NCBI GenBank assembly: GCA_964016885.1
Contig: OZ024752.1
Span: forward strand, 36,332,001-36,396,000
DNA from: Eledone cirrhosa
Lineage: Eukaryota
DNA: 64,000 nt
Reading direction: 5' to 3'
Each line of letters opens with the position of its first letter. The stretch's first letter is position 1. This document shows positions 26,576-40,649 of this stretch, in pieces. The notes under the pieces are model-generated. The model was given only the letters and a program-made list of their open reading frames with translations, had not been told where the DNA came from and made no database searches. Position numbers and translations under genes: made by a program.

Positions 26576-27720
26576 TACATGTTATATTTTTATAAGTTAA
26601 TTTGACAATTTAGAGATTGTTGTTAGACCTTTGTTGGCTCTAGTTGGGATCAACAAAACAGCTACTCATAAAATTAATATGTTAGTGGCCGAGCATTCCA
26701 CATACATGTGTACCCTTAACGTGGTTCTCAGGGAAATTCAGTGGGTGATAAAGCTAGCCTTTTGAATTACAGGTACAATTTATTTTTACCAGCTGAATGG
26801 ACTGGAGGAATGTGAAATAAAGTATCTCGCTTAAGGCAGTGGATTGGCAGTATCAGTAGAGTGTCGGACAACAGGCTTTGTAGCATATACTTACAGCCCT
26901 TTATGTTCTGAGTTCGAATCCCACCGATGTTAACTTTGCCTTTCATTCTTTCATCATTGATAAAGTATCGGTCAAGTACCTAGGTTGATATAATCAACTT
27001 TGGAAGCACATGCCTTGTTTCCTACTAATTGCTTAACTGAAACCCTTAGGGGCATCTCATTGGATGACTGTACCATACTGTACTGTACTCAAGGACAAAA
27101 CATGCTGCCAAAAATTGTCTCAGGGCGTTACAATCATGAGCTGAACACCCTTACCACAGCCACACACCTTCACTGATAATTTAGACATTTATTCTTTATG
27201 TATGAATATTGAAATGTCAAGTGGTTAAGAAGTTTGCTTTGCATGCTATCTTGAGCAAGTTTCTTTTACCATAGCCTCCAGTTGACCCAAGCCTTGTAAG
27301 TGAAATTGGATAGATGGCAACTGTGCAGAAGCCTGCCAGATAGACTGCATCTGTAGATCCAGGTTTGTTTTATACATTTATTGAGCTGAGGCTAAACAAC
27401 AATAACAGTTGTACCATATCTACACAGTAGTGAGATATCCACCTATTGTTTCTTTGTGCTAACATATGGTAAATGTTTTACTTAAAACAAAATTTATTTC
27501 ATTTCTTAACCCTTTATATATTTATACTATTATATTTTCATGGTAAAGGCTTTACCTCACATAATATTGAATCTATGAGATTTTGAAAGTATTTATTTTG
27601 AAAACAATACCTTAACATCAGTTTGAGCAACCAGTTACAGCCAGTTTCAACAGAAAGAGGTAGAGAATTCTGGTCGGTTTGAACACTAAAGGGTTAAATG
27701 TCATTTTACTTCATTTCCAG

Positions 27721-27845
27721 GTTGCAAATGTAAAAAAATCTCTGAAAAGTACTCAACAAGATCTGGATGAGCAAATGGTTACTGATTCACGGGAGGTTCC
27801 TGTATCAGGGGAGAAGGGAGGGAAAAAGTTAACAAAAATTAAAGG
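27721..27845 (+). CDS. COPS7: COPS7 coding exon 7
   Basis: tttccAG / GTatgt; VANVKKSLKSTQQDLDEQMVTDSREVPVSGEKGGKKLTKIKG; phase 0 to 2. Confidence 0.92.
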
Positions 27846-30802
27846 GTATGTTGATATTTTATATTCATTTTATACTTTAGTTTAGTTATAAAAATATATA
27901 TTTTAACATTATTTTTATATATATATATTTTTTAACATTTTTTTAAACATTATTTTTATATATATATATATATTTTAACATTATTCAAAATGTTTTTTAT
28001 TATATAAAGTAGTGTAGCTAATATGAAGTATTGTGAGATATGTTGTAAAAGACTGATAATTCTTTTTAAAAAGTTGGTATGATGCAGTAGAAAAATATAA
28101 AGGGCAAATGAACCAAAAGAAAGTAATGTTTTACCCAGTGTATTTTAGCATTTTGTTTTGTCTTGGACTGTTTCAGTTTCACATCTGAAAAGAGGGTATA
28201 GCCCTTAAATATCATGTTAAAAAACACTAGGTAAAACATTACTTTGTTTTGTTTTATTTGTCATCTTTTGCCCTTTATATATTTCTACAGCATTGTACCA
28301 GCTATAAAAAAAAATTATCAGTGTTATTTTATGTTTTGTGTTTTTATATTTTCAAGATAAAATAATACTTTTATCAAAGGAAATTTTATTATTTCACTCT
28401 TACTGTATTATCATTTGAATTTTTTTAAACATTTTAGCATTTAAATTATTCTATATACTCTAGTGTATTTTCGTGGTAAAGGTTTTACCTCATAATTATC
28501 TCACATAATATTGAATCAATGAGATTTTGATGTTATTTATTTTGAAAACAATACCTTAACATAAGTATGAGCAGCCAGTTACAGCCGGTTTAAATAGAAA
28601 GAGGTGAATGAATTGTGGCCGTATACGACCGGTTTAAGTGCTAAAGGGTTAAATCATGGAATTTATTCAAAATGAGATTAGTAAAAGAAAAAAAAAAATT
28701 TTTTTTTCATTTTGTTAATAAAATAATATTGTAATTTTGATTGTAAATATTAGTTGAACATTTTATCTATTCCTTTACTAGGATGTCACCATTTTCATGT
28801 AGCTGCTTTGTTTTGATCCAAATACTAATAAATGTCTACCTTCTAGCAGCATTGCCAAGCATTTATACTCCTTTCTGTTGATACTAAATCCAATGGACAG
28901 GAACAGCGGGGTTTAGAAGGGTTGCCTATGATTGCTGGTCTCTCCATCACTTCCCTCTTTCCTTTAGAGGTTTCATTATATTTAGCAGAAAGTCCTTTGC
29001 AGGCATAGTGACACACATATTGTTTATGGCTTGCTGTTAGATGGATACCTGTCATTTAAAATGTAATAGTATATCAAATGTACTTTTATTCATTTTGATT
29101 TGTTTAACAAAGGTAACGAGATGGCATTAAACTCAAAGGGAAATTGATTTTCTGTGAAATATATAACCCTAACCCTAGATTCTAGAACCTACAATAATGG
29201 CCTTCAAACGGCCAATATGCTTTTCTTGACTGCTTATTCACTTACTTAACATGTCTTTCACCTTAGGCCATGCCCCTGATGAGGTCCTTATTCACAGCAG
29301 GGCGATAAACCTCCAGTCTGGGATTTGCTGTTGAAACGGCAAGAGGTCAGCCGAAAAATTGATATTGTGAATATGTTAGCATACATTTGTACTGTTCATT
29401 GAATTGAAACTAGGACCTATTAGAAGTAGTTTCAACTGGTATATCAATATATTAATCCAGGGCCTGTAGAGTCAAGGCAAGGCCCATGAATATCTAATGC
29501 TAAAAGAATGTTTCAAGCCTCCTTGAATTTTGATAGGAGACTTTGTAAAACATTGCCTTGAAAAGATCTCATTATCAATATGAAGTCAGTCAGTCATGGG
29601 GTTCACAAAGCTAACCCATGCTTTAGCAAGAAAAATGGCCTTATAATGTTTTTTTGGTTGTAGTTATTATCAGTTGATAAAACCTCAGACATTCTATTTA
29701 ATGTTACAACAAATTGCAATGTTTTAAAAGCAGATTATATTATCTGGTGAGGTGGAAATATTTTTCAATGAATTGGTTTAGACATTTTAGGGAATAAAAT
29801 ACACAAATCATAGAAATTCCTTCAAACTTATAGTATGATGAAAACGGTTTTTAATTTGTTATATTCAAGTTAGGTAGCAAAAGGGAGCAACAGACATCTT
29901 AAGGAGAGAAAAGGTAGTTAAAGAAAGGAAAGAGGCTAATAAGAAGTGTAGTCTTGCAAGAATTTTTTAACACTTAATAACTTTCATATGACTTAAATAT
30001 GTTTCTGGTGATATCTCAGTAAACAACATCATCATCATAATCATTTTTACATTGAATTTTCATGGGTTGGATGGATCTTTTTGAGGCAATGTTTTACAGC
30101 TGGATGCCCTTCATGACACCAGACAAGTAGGGATACAACGTTTTGTCAATTAAACACATAATGTTCACTTACAAGATGGCGAATTGGCAGAGTTGTTAGA
30201 ATGTCGGAGAATTCTTTGCAGTATTCGTTTTGTTGACCATGGTGGGATTTGAACTGATAGAGCAGAGAGCTAGAACGAATATTGCAAACCACTCTATCCA
30301 ATGTTCTAATTACTCTGCCTATTTAAATTAAATAGGAACCTTTAAAAAGAAAGATTGCCTGGGTTGGTACCAAATTATTTCAGCTTTATAAAACTTTTTT
30401 TCCCAGTTTGTAAAGAGGAAGATTTAAAAATATTTTTGAGATCCAAAGAAAAATGATGCATCCTAATAAGAATATTTAAACATTTTGAGATCATAATTTG
30501 CTATGGATATTTCATCAACCCCTTGTAAGTTCTAATTTGGAAACTGTTTGTTAGAGAATAGACGTAACATTTTAAATTAATTCAATAAGATTTCATAACA
30601 AATAAATCTAGAAACAATGTTTATCAACATGTGTCTATGACTTTGTTTCTTTTTTCTTCCATTAAGCTGGGTGCCAAAGAGTGACTGCATTTAGTTTTAA
30701 AGAAACAGAGATTTTATTGTAATCAATGTTTCTACTGTATTGATTTCTAATGTTATTTGCATAAAATTCAATCACTATTATAGATTATTTTTGTATAATT
30801 CT

Positions 30803-31028
30803 TTAACCCTTTAGCAATCACATTACTCTATATATACTATTGTATTTTCACAGTAAAGGCTTTATCTCACATAATTATTCACATCGAATCTACAAGATTT
30901 TGATGGTGTTATTATTTATTTTGAAACAATACCTTAATATCAGTATGAGTGGCCGGTTACAGCCAGTTTAAACAGAAAGTGGTGAGAGAATTGGCGGATA
31001 TGGATGGTTTAAATGCTAAAGGGTTAAC
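30803..31028. mobile_element. piggyBac-type MITE (representative of ~12 copies)
   Basis: TTAA-ccctttagca ... tgctaaaggg-TTAA. Other copies near 9300, 25205, 25754, 27507, 28430, 43790, 53577, 54404, 56130, 57047 and 57307. Confidence 0.88.
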
Positions 31029-31137
31029 TCACTAAATATTGCAAATAATTTGTTTTACCTTACAATATTTATTTCAAAAGTAATCAATCTATATATTGAA
31101 AGGAAATTGTTATTCTATTTCTTTGTTTCTTCCACAG

Positions 31138-31153
31138 AAAACGACATAACTAA
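31138..31153 (+). CDS. COPS7: COPS7 probable terminal coding exon (..G-KRHN-stop) plus short 3' UTR
   Basis: Strong acceptor ttctttgtttcttccacAG; phase-2 join gives GKRHN*; AATAAA near 31258 and 31288. Total CDS 774 nt = 257 aa, a typical CSN7 length. Confidence 0.7.
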
Positions 31154-32695
31154 GGAACTGAAAACAACATGTCTCCTTTGACACTTGGAATTTTTAATAC
31201 ACATGACTCAAATTGAAGAAGAAATATTTTGTGTTGAAAATTTTTTTATTACCTTGTAATAAAGCAATCTTTTTGTTCTATTGTTGGAATAAATTGACAT
31301 ATACTTGAATGTTTTCTGCAATAGATTTTATTCAACCCTTTTCATTGTCATAATCCTTTAATTAAATACACTCTATTTTAATTCGTTAATGAAGAATTTA
31401 GAGGGATTTACTAAAATTATTAATTATTTCATTAAGATGGTATTTGTATCATGAATATTTCTTATATAAAGTTTATAATGGAAGGTTTAAAATTTAAATA
31501 TTCATAAATCAAGATGTTATAGGGATTTACTAAAATGATTAATTATTTCATTAGGATGGTATTTGTAGCATAACAAATGTTTCTTATATAAAGGAACACT
31601 ATAAAATGGCTGTTTTAATTTCATAGAACTAGGGGTGGTTTGGAGCAAAAGGTTTAAAATCATTATCACCATCATCATCATTGTTGTTTTTACAACTGGG
31701 TGCATTTTCTCATGGTACCAGTACTACCACTTTACAGAGTGTACCAGGTGTGTTTTATCATGTCACCAGCACTACCATTTTACAGAGTAGATTGGGTGTG
31801 TTTTATCATGACACTAGCACTACCACTTTACAGAGTGGACTATGTGGTTTTTTGTCATGCTACCAGCACTACCACTTTACAGAATGTACTGTGTTGTTTT
31901 TGTCATGGCACTAGTACTATCACTTTATAGAGTGGGCTTGGGTGTGTTTTATCATGACACCAGTACTAGAGAGTTTGACACATACTTGCCAAGACTGAAG
32001 GGTCCTCTCAGATCCTGTATTTTAGTCACCAAACGCTGTAACTCCAGTCCTTCACCAATGCTTTACATAAATATTGAGTGATATGCAGTTGTATATGCAT
32101 ATTTGATTTGAATCAACATGATCCCAAACCTCATATGTTTACCAGGTGGGATGGAACTCCTCATATCGGACCAAGGAAACAATGTTTCCATTGGTTTTTC
32201 CAATTGCTGATACTATTTACCGGTTACAACTGGCAGAAATAGCAACCTGAAATAAAATATCTTGGTCAAGGACATAACACACCACCCAGTCCAGGAATCA
32301 AACTCGCAACCTCACGATTCTGAACCCATCTCTCTAACCACTAAGCCACCCATAATCTTTGCAGGTCCTCCCAGACAAATGGGATCAATACCAACTGAAC
32401 TTCTATAGTTGGGTGTTTATAGGAAACACATTAGCAGGGAGTCTTAATGGACCATCAGTGGATTTGAGAGTAGAGTGCTCCAGTTGTTAATGGTGATGGG
32501 ACGGATGTACTATTGAGAAGTAGGGGACAGTGCTTCCCTTCCTTGCTAATAGAGCCTATTGACAAGGCTTAGGGACCAGTAGTACACCACATACTAGTTT
32601 AGAGGAGCAGGAGCTATAGTTGCAGAGAGAAAAAAAAAGAATTTGTTGGTTCATAATCGTAGTGTATTGGTAAGTGTTTTTCCAGTCAATTAGTC

Positions 32696-33448
32696 CAACA
32701 GACCCCAACTTTTTTTGTGCCATGGACCAAAGGGTGGGGATCAGTCTCAGTCATGTGCATAACAAAACACTAAACAAAGTGCATATTATATAATTTAATT
32801 ATTACAAACTTTGAGAAATTATATTTATACTCATAATTTTAGCCGTTGGTCAATCAATGATAAACATTGATTGCCAGCTACATTATTTATAAAAAATTAT
32901 AAAGATATATTGATCTGAAGTGAAAACCAAACCAACCTGAGTATGTTTTATTACCAGAAATGTAGGGCGGTGGAATGGCAGAATCGGACACCATGCTTTG
33001 CAGCATAGTTACGTCCCTTTACGGTCTAAGTTCAAATCCCGCCGAGGATAACTTTGCCTTTCATCCTTACGGGGGTTGATAAAATAAAGCACCAGTAACG
33101 TACTGCCGTCGATTTAATCGACTTTCCTTCCCCCCCAAATTGCTGGCCTTGTGCCTATACTAGAAATCATTATTATCAGAAATGTACAGGGAGTCGATTT
33201 AATAGACTTTCCTCTCCCTCAAATTACTGGCCTTGTGCCTAAAAGTAGAGACAATTATTATTTTTGGCAATATTAAGATATGATGCTCCCCCAATATAAC
33301 ATTATTAAGTATTACATTTCTATTGTAAAAGTGACTCGACTCAACATAAGGTAGACTGTGGTAGTCAATAAAATAGAAAAAAAAACGTTTTTACTCTTTG
33401 TGCAGCCCGGTATCAAATTGTCCATAGCCCGGTGGTTGGGGACCTCTG
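32696..33448. mobile_element. hAT (Charlie-like) non-autonomous element interrupted by a SINE
   Basis: Degenerate left TIR caacagaccccaac, right TIR gttggggacctctg; flanks aattagtc / aattcgac (6/8 TSD); family A SINE nested at ~32965-33260. Confidence 0.7.
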
Positions 33449-34599
33449 AATTCGACTATTGTTTTAGGAAGCAACCTAAAATATTAAGCTAACAGCTATT
33501 TTGTCCTAGATATATGAGAAGTATTTTAAGGTGGGTATCACATGACTCTCTTTAAATTTATAATGTGTACCTTATGAAAAAAAATAATTATATATACAAA
33601 CGTGCCTAAAATTGGTGTTACAGTTTTGAATCCTTACTAATATCCTCTCTCCTTTGTCCCTTAATTCCCGAGGGAGTCGTAGTGGCGCCGCATTGACATA
33701 CGGCGTTTCTAGGTAATTTTAAAAAATCTGGCAGGCCCCATCTTCTCTCCAGGTCTGAAAACAGCAAATTTCTTCCACCCAGAGAAAGGTAGAGAGAATG
33801 GAAGTTAGAAAGAGATATAGAAGAAGAATCGACATCAGTACCAGTAATGCACTGGGTAATTGCTGGCCTTGTGCCTAAAGTAGAAACAAGTATTAAACTG
33901 GTACTATTTTTTTTATCGACCTCGAGGTTTAAGGTGACGGTCCTGCCAATTCGCCACCTTACCCTTATTGATATAGGCCAGTAAAGCTAAAGCGGACCTT
34001 CTTTGATTCAGCCCCCCACACACAATTTCTCGCTCAAACCATGCCAGCGTGGAAGGTAAGGGCAGACCTCGAAACTGCTCTGATGCAACTTCCTTGTCTA
34101 ACCCATGTGGCCCACCTCATTTCTCACACCCATGACTCACCTTTTCTTGTCCGACACGGAAAGCCATGTACATTCTACAATATACCAGATATCACCCCGC
34201 TTGTATGAGGATCAACCCCATATTTTGTCTCTCAAAATACGCCCCTCTTTCAGAACCACTGCTTTATACGATTGGTTAGTCCCCTAATACGCTTTTGATC
34301 CACCCCTCACCTACCAGCGTAAGGTATGTAGTTGTTATTTAGCCACGGTTCAGTTCTCATTTAACAAATATATGACCAAAGAAATTATCGATATGATAAA
34401 TTTGTCTTTTTATTTATCAAACTACTATTTTCAGTCCACCGTCACCTCTTTATTTTAAAAAAACGACAGAGTATGATTTGAGGAATTCTGGCTGCTATTT
34501 TTAGTAAGTCGAGTGACTACGGTCTCCATATTGTACACCTTTGAGCCACACCTGGTTGGATTTTTCCCTGCGATGAAAATTTCATCAGGTTTATAACAA

Positions 34600-34762
34600 T
34601 CGTTGTTTGAAATGATATCATGATGTGAATAATGAGAAGAAATAACGGATATACATGAAATGTTAGATTTGTGAGTGCGGCACTGCTATTTCTTGACATC
34701 ATTTCCCTTAGCAAGTTGTTTCATTTCTCGTTCGTTTACTAATAATTCCACAACCAGTAAGT
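34600..34762 (+). promoter_or_regulatory. Candidate UMAD1 promoter / non-coding first exon
   Basis: Non-repetitive CpG-containing stretch ending in donor GTAAGT at 34757, followed by very AT-rich sequence as seen after the putative COPS7 first exon. The UMAD1 ATG exon has an acceptor 2 nt before the ATG. Confidence 0.4.
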
Positions 34763-37575
34763 AAACATTATTTCTATCTCTCCTATTTATATATCGCTTG
34801 ACGAAAACAATTATATAATTTATATTATTTTAATAATATATAAGATATCAACAATTTATTTATAAATAGAGAATTTTTTTTAGTCTTTTACGTCGTATAA
34901 ATTCCAGTTATAATTAATGTGCACCTGGTGAATTAAAATATACCAGAACTGGCGCACTATAAATAAATGGTATTGAAATAAATAATAATAGTATTGTTTC
35001 CATTTTGTTATATAATTATAAGATAAATTTATAATTATACATTGTTTTTAAATTTATAATTTATTTTAAAGTATTGATTAAAATATTTTTTTTTAAATTC
35101 TCCAAATTTTTTTTTTATTCACATTTGTATAAATAACATTACAAATATAATATTGTTCGTAACCTCAAATATATACCCATATAACAAATACAATTAATTA
35201 TTGCTAGGAACCTAACCTCACAAATACAACGCACCAAAATATATGACCTGAGCGAGATGTTTACAATGTGGTGCTTCTCGATTTCTAAGACATTCCAACA
35301 CTCTCTGATAATATTTTTGTATTTTTCTCAGAAAACCAAAATTCTTTGGTTGGTTTTCTGTGTTTTTAGCGTTTTGATACATTAAAAGAAAATTGTTTGG
35401 ATTTTCGTGATCATTTTTTTCCCCGTTTTCTTATTCCAAGATCTACTGTGGAGCCCCCTTCCCGTCCATCAACTCCTAAAGAAAAAAATATATTAATATG
35501 ACAGTACTAGAATACCTTTAATAATAAGGCAAACCAAGAAGAGGGGTGATTTTTATAGATGGGCCAGTTAAGTTGGCATATTATCTTCAACGGATTTATT
35601 TCGTATGTTCTGCTCCCTTACACGCAAATCGGCTAGAGAACCCTAACCCTAACATATATAACGCAATGAATCCGATGAATACAGCGAAACTTTTTTGTTA
35701 TGTCGAGATCTAATGCCAAAAATTACTCCGTAATCTATACATAAATCACATATATTTGACACAGATTAATAAAAATACTTAACAAACAATTTGTATGTGG
35801 CCTTATCACCTACTCTGGGTTGGCGGCTGAGATTATACATTTGACCTTATCCTATTACTAGATTTGTCTGTGTCAAGTCATAGATAGGCTTGCTTACGTT
35901 ACCTCCTAGTGTGGTCAACTTGAAAATGTAATATCAGGCAAATATTAGTCGATTCCTATCGAATCAAATCCAGGGCCTTCTCATTCCTGTCGGAGGAACC
36001 CCTTCCGAGTTGCTCACCACGTTTGACTAATTGCGAGCTTGTGAGGCTATTTAAACCATAGTTGGTGGGGATGGCAGTTGACTCTGAGGAATTTATCCGC
36101 CCTTTTAACAGCTCTTGTTTTTGTGCTGCTGGGGTTCCACTTACCTTCCTAACCAGACCAAGTTCTGGTGGTGGTGAGTGTTTAGTCGCAGACCACTCGG
36201 CCATGAAACATGTTGTACTGGGTTACATAGTACCAGTAGCAGACAGAAACCTGACATATAATGTATACTAAATATGAATGGAACACTATAATACAAAACA
36301 ATTAAGCTACTTGACGGAATCGTTAACATCCACGTGTTTACATAAAAAGAAAACAACCAAACTCTGTAATCATTCATAGTGGCTTTTTAATTTTTTTGGC
36401 TTATATTTTAGTTTCTCTCCATAATCGTAGATGTTGGACCTCCGTCGGTGCCAACATTGAGTGCTCCAGTTGTTTAACCAACCAGACAGTCTGCTCATGA
36501 ACTTAAGGTACAGGTGGCTAAACATTCCACAGACACATGTACCCTAAACCTAGTTCAGTTCTCAGGGAGATTCAGCCTGGCACAGTGTGTGACAAGGCTG
36601 GCTCTTTGAATTAAGCATCAGGCTTACAGGCACAACTGATTTTTACCAGCTAAGTGAACTGGAGCAATGATGGTCAACCGAGTGAACTGGAGCAATGATG
36701 GTCAACCGAGTGAACTGGAGCATTGATGGTCAACCGAGCACCCTAACTACTAAGTCACGTACCTTTAAATAATTGTTTCTACGTTAGGCACAAGACCAGC
36801 ACATACCCAGTGCATTACTAGTACTTTATTTTATCAACCCCGTAAGGATGAAAGGCAAAGTTAACCTTGGCGGGATTTGAACTCAGAATGGCAAGGACCG
36901 TAACTCTATGCGTCAAAGCATGGCGTCCGCCAATCCACAATAATCACACATATGTAAAAATCGTTTTTCTAATCTGACCTCAAATATGTTCGCAATCGAC
37001 TTATTTTTCATGGAAAACAAACAGGGTGTGTGGGGGGTATACCGTTTTATCTCACCTATGTATTATCGATGTTTTATGAATAGAGAGTTGTGTAGAAAAT
37101 AAGATCACTTCGTAATTACAACGCCTTCTCCATTCTGTCCGCCGGGGCTGTGGGTGGGCCCCATCGCGTACCATCGCGTACCAATACATTAGTTAAATAC
37201 CTTGAGCAAGTTGTATTCTCTTATATCCTCGTGTGCTAAATTTGATAGATGGAAATATCGACAAGAAAACACAAACGAACTTAGTGTTTACAAACTTAGT
37301 CTCTTCAATATTTCAGCGAATTTAGGGTTGAACGTGGCACTTTCACTTTGTCCATTCTTACTTAATAACAGTTTGGTCGTCACAGGTTAATTTAAAAAGC
37401 AACAACAAAAAACAAAACATCTTTAACGCTGCATTACAGTCTGATTGCTTGGTAAGATTCAGAATAATTTTGTGTGCGTGAGTGTGTGTTTTGTTGTTAT
37501 TAATTATTCTCGTATTTTTGGACTCGCATGCAAAAATGGACAATTTCCTCCACCCACTGCGTCCGTATATGTATG

Positions 37576-37640
<65 letters not shown>

Positions 37641-38304
37641 ATGTGTGTTTCTTTATAATAATGAAATTATTGTGTACAGTGCTCAGGTGCACTATATAGA
37701 TATACTTGCTCTCGCACACGGTGTCTCCCTCTCAAATTCGTCGTCGTTACAGGAGGATGGAGTGAAATTTTAATTGATGATAGCAATGGCCATCCAGCTG
37801 TAGAAAGTCTTCCAAAAGGGTTCAAAGCATTTTTCGGTTGTGTTAAAGGACTAGATAAACACACTCAGCACACAGTACACTCTGCAAAGAGGTTGGTGAT
37901 AGGACTAGCATCCTGCAAAAACAACAGGTTGGGAGGATTCTTCAGTTGTAAACATGACAAGACTTGACAACCTCCCTAGTGTTGGTAACTACAATAAAAG
38001 GCACTTCGTAAAGTGCAAGGTCGTATGTAAGTTTAGTGTGGGGTGGGGTGGGATCATGACCCGTCTGGGCATTTCTATACTATAAAATAAGACGGTTATT
38101 GCTCCAATTAGTCCACAAACACCCTGAACCAAAAGCCAACCTACACTCATGACTCCTGCCAAACCAAATCGTACTCACCTTCCAAATTTGTCAAATCAAA
38201 CGTTGCCCACCCATCTTCCCAAACTCGGCTTATGTAACCACACCACAACAGCCACCAAAATAGGGAAGACATGTTATCAAGCTGTAGCTGTCATATTACA
38301 TAGT

Positions 38305-38985
38305 TTCTATTATATAATCTCTTATTTTATCTTGATAGTTCCCTCACTAACCCTATACAATATAACCCCTTATTTTATCTTGATAGTTCCCTCACCAACC
38401 CTATATAATATAATCCCTTATTTTATCTTGATAGTTCCCTCACCAACCCTATATAATATAATCCCTTATTTTATCTTGATAGTTCCCTCACCAACCCTAT
38501 ATAATATAATCCCTTATTTTATCTTGATAGTTCCTTCAATAACCCTATATAATATAATCCCTTATTTTATCATGATAGTTCCCTCACTAACCCTATATAA
38601 TATAACCCCTTATTTTATCTTGATAGTTTCCTCACCAACCCTATATAATATAATCCCTTATTTTATCTTGATAGTTCCCTCACTAACCCTATATAATATA
38701 ATCCCTTATTTTATCTTGATAGTTCCTTCAATAACCCTATACAATATAACCCCTTATTTTATCTTGATAGTTTCCTCACCAACCCTATATAATATAATCC
38801 CTTATTTTATCTTGATAGTTCCCTCACCAACCCTATATAATATAATCCCTTATTTTATCTTGATAGTTCCTTCAATAACCCTATATAATATAATCCCTTA
38901 TTTTATCATGATAGTTCCCTCACTAACCCTATATAATATAACCCCTTACTTTATCTTGATAGTTCCCTCACTAACCCTATATAAT
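38305..38985. repeat. 48-bp minisatellite, ~14 copies
   Basis: Unit cccttattttatcttgatagttccctcaccaaccctatataatataat; ends ~25 nt before the UMAD1 acceptor. Confidence 0.97.
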
Positions 38986-39010
38986 GTCACTTAATATTAT
39001 TGTTTCAGAA

Positions 39011-39196
39011 ATGTTTTCTCTCTTGGAAAAGATAAAGATTGGTTTCACAGGGAGTCCGGTTGAAACAGCTGTTGAACAGAAAGACATAGATTATGAAGAT
39101 GATGGTTTTCTGTTAGTTGGAGAGACGGAAACAGAAAAATCTGATTCTTATAATGAAAACAAAAGTGTGTGTAAGATGTCACCAACTTCTGGTCAA
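39011..39196 (+). CDS. UMAD1: UBAP1-MVB12-associated (UMA) domain-containing protein 1, coding exon 1
   Basis: tttcAG aa ATG; MFSLLEKIKIGF...EDDGFLLVGETETEK... recalls the UMAD1 DGFVLLGDT motif; donor GTaagt at 39197, phase 0. Confidence 0.88.
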
Positions 39197-39220
39197 GTAA
39201 GTTTTTATATTTATGAGAAA

Positions 39221-39565
39221 TGGAGGCACATGGCTTAGTGGTTAGAGCATTGGCCTTGCAATCGAAAGGTTGTGAGTTCAATTCTCAGACCGGGTGATGT
39301 GTTGTTTCCTTGAGTAAGACACTTTATTTCACATTGCTCCAGTTTACTCAGCTGTAGAAATGAGATGATAGGGACTGGGGTCCCTATCATTCCACTGCAA
39401 AGTGGTCGTGGAGGTGCCATGGCAAAAAAGCACCCAGCACTCACTGTAAATGAGGTTGGTGTTAGGAAGGGCATCCAGCTGTAGAAATCAAGCCAGAATC
39501 AGTTTCCATCCCACCCTTGCAAGCAGGGAAAAGTGGACGTAAAATGATGATGATGATGATGATGA
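39221..39565 (+). mobile_element. Young tRNA-derived SINE, family B (full length)
   Basis: A box tggcttagtgg, B box gagttcaattc, central ccttgagtaagacacttt...ttgctccagtttactcagctg (V/Meta-SINE-like), one 46-bp module, (ATG)n tail. Confidence 0.9.
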
Positions 39566-39622
39566 TAGCTGCTAGTGATTTTTGTCTTTTTTTCATTGTA
39601 ACTTAGAGAGAAAAGTCATGAC

Positions 39623-39974
39623 CATGGTTTCCCAACCTTGGCCATATCACCTACTGGTAGGCGATTTCATCTCTTGGGTGGGCAATGAGCAACGGAACAG
39701 CAAATGCTGGACAATCGGAAATTTTGGTGAATGATATAGTGTTTTGAATATTAAGAAAGTAATTCAGCATATGCTACCTGAAAAAATGTATTCAAAGGAG
39801 ATATGCAAAGACCCTGCTTTAAAAAAAATATGAGGCTAAATGGGAATAACGAACTAGTAACAAACTTTTACCAAACATTTTTGGTATACTTTTGAATATT
39901 TACTATACAGGTGGGCAGTAGAAAATTTTTCCATGTGAAAGTAGATGATGATGCAAAAAGGTTGAGAACCCCTG
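39623..39974. mobile_element. hAT-family MITE in the UMAD1 intron
   Basis: TIRs catggtttcccaacct / aggttgagaacccctg; 8-bp TSD gtcatgac / gtcataac. Confidence 0.85.
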
Positions 39975-40649
39975 GTCATAACCGTTGTATCTTACAGAAG
40001 AAAGTTTTAACTAAAGTTGACATTAAATGATGATGAAACAAAGTCAAAATTAAAGATATAACTTTCTCTTGGGTTTCTCATTACCTGGTGATTTGTGAGA
40101 CTTTCATGTATGGTATTTACTTTATGGTCGTATTTAGTTGAATGGTAATTGCATTAAGAACCTTTAAATATTTAAAGATTTTGATACCAAACCACCCCAG
40201 ATTTTATGATACAAAACTGTTTGTTTTAAAGCTTTCATATTTATCTAAATACCTTCCATCGAAATTCGCCAACACTACACCTGATACCCCCCCTCCATAC
40301 ACATATTTATCATGACTCGTACACTGTTCACTTTCCTATACATGCACTGTTGACGAGTTGTAGTGCACCTGAGCACTGTACACAATAATTTCATTATTAT
40401 TAGATTATAATTTTATGTAAGAACTTTTGTTAAGTTATGTTCCAAACAGCAGTTTAATAATAAGAAAGTTAGTTATATTACTAAGCCCTGACAAATTTTT
40501 AATTATTTTCGAAATTAATTGAAAAAAATAAATTATTAATTCAGTAATGAAAGGGTTAAGAAAAGTTATTTAAAAAATTATTATTCAGCTTTAGTAATAT
40601 ATAACTAATTGATAAATTTACATCCTTTTTCTTTTTCTCTTCTTTTCAG

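Noticed and set aside
28782-28881. Alternative COPS7 terminal exon after cctttactAG
   Set aside because: Gives a hydrophobic tail unlike CSN7; the 31138 exon has a stronger acceptor, an RH-containing end and nearby poly(A) signals. Not excluded without RNA data.
38149-38994. 281-aa hydrophobic repeat ORF
   Set aside because: 48-bp minisatellite read in its one stop-free frame; out of frame with UMAD1.
39221-39295. tRNA gene
   Set aside because: A and B boxes are present, but there is no proper acceptor stem and the sequence continues into a multi-copy SINE body.
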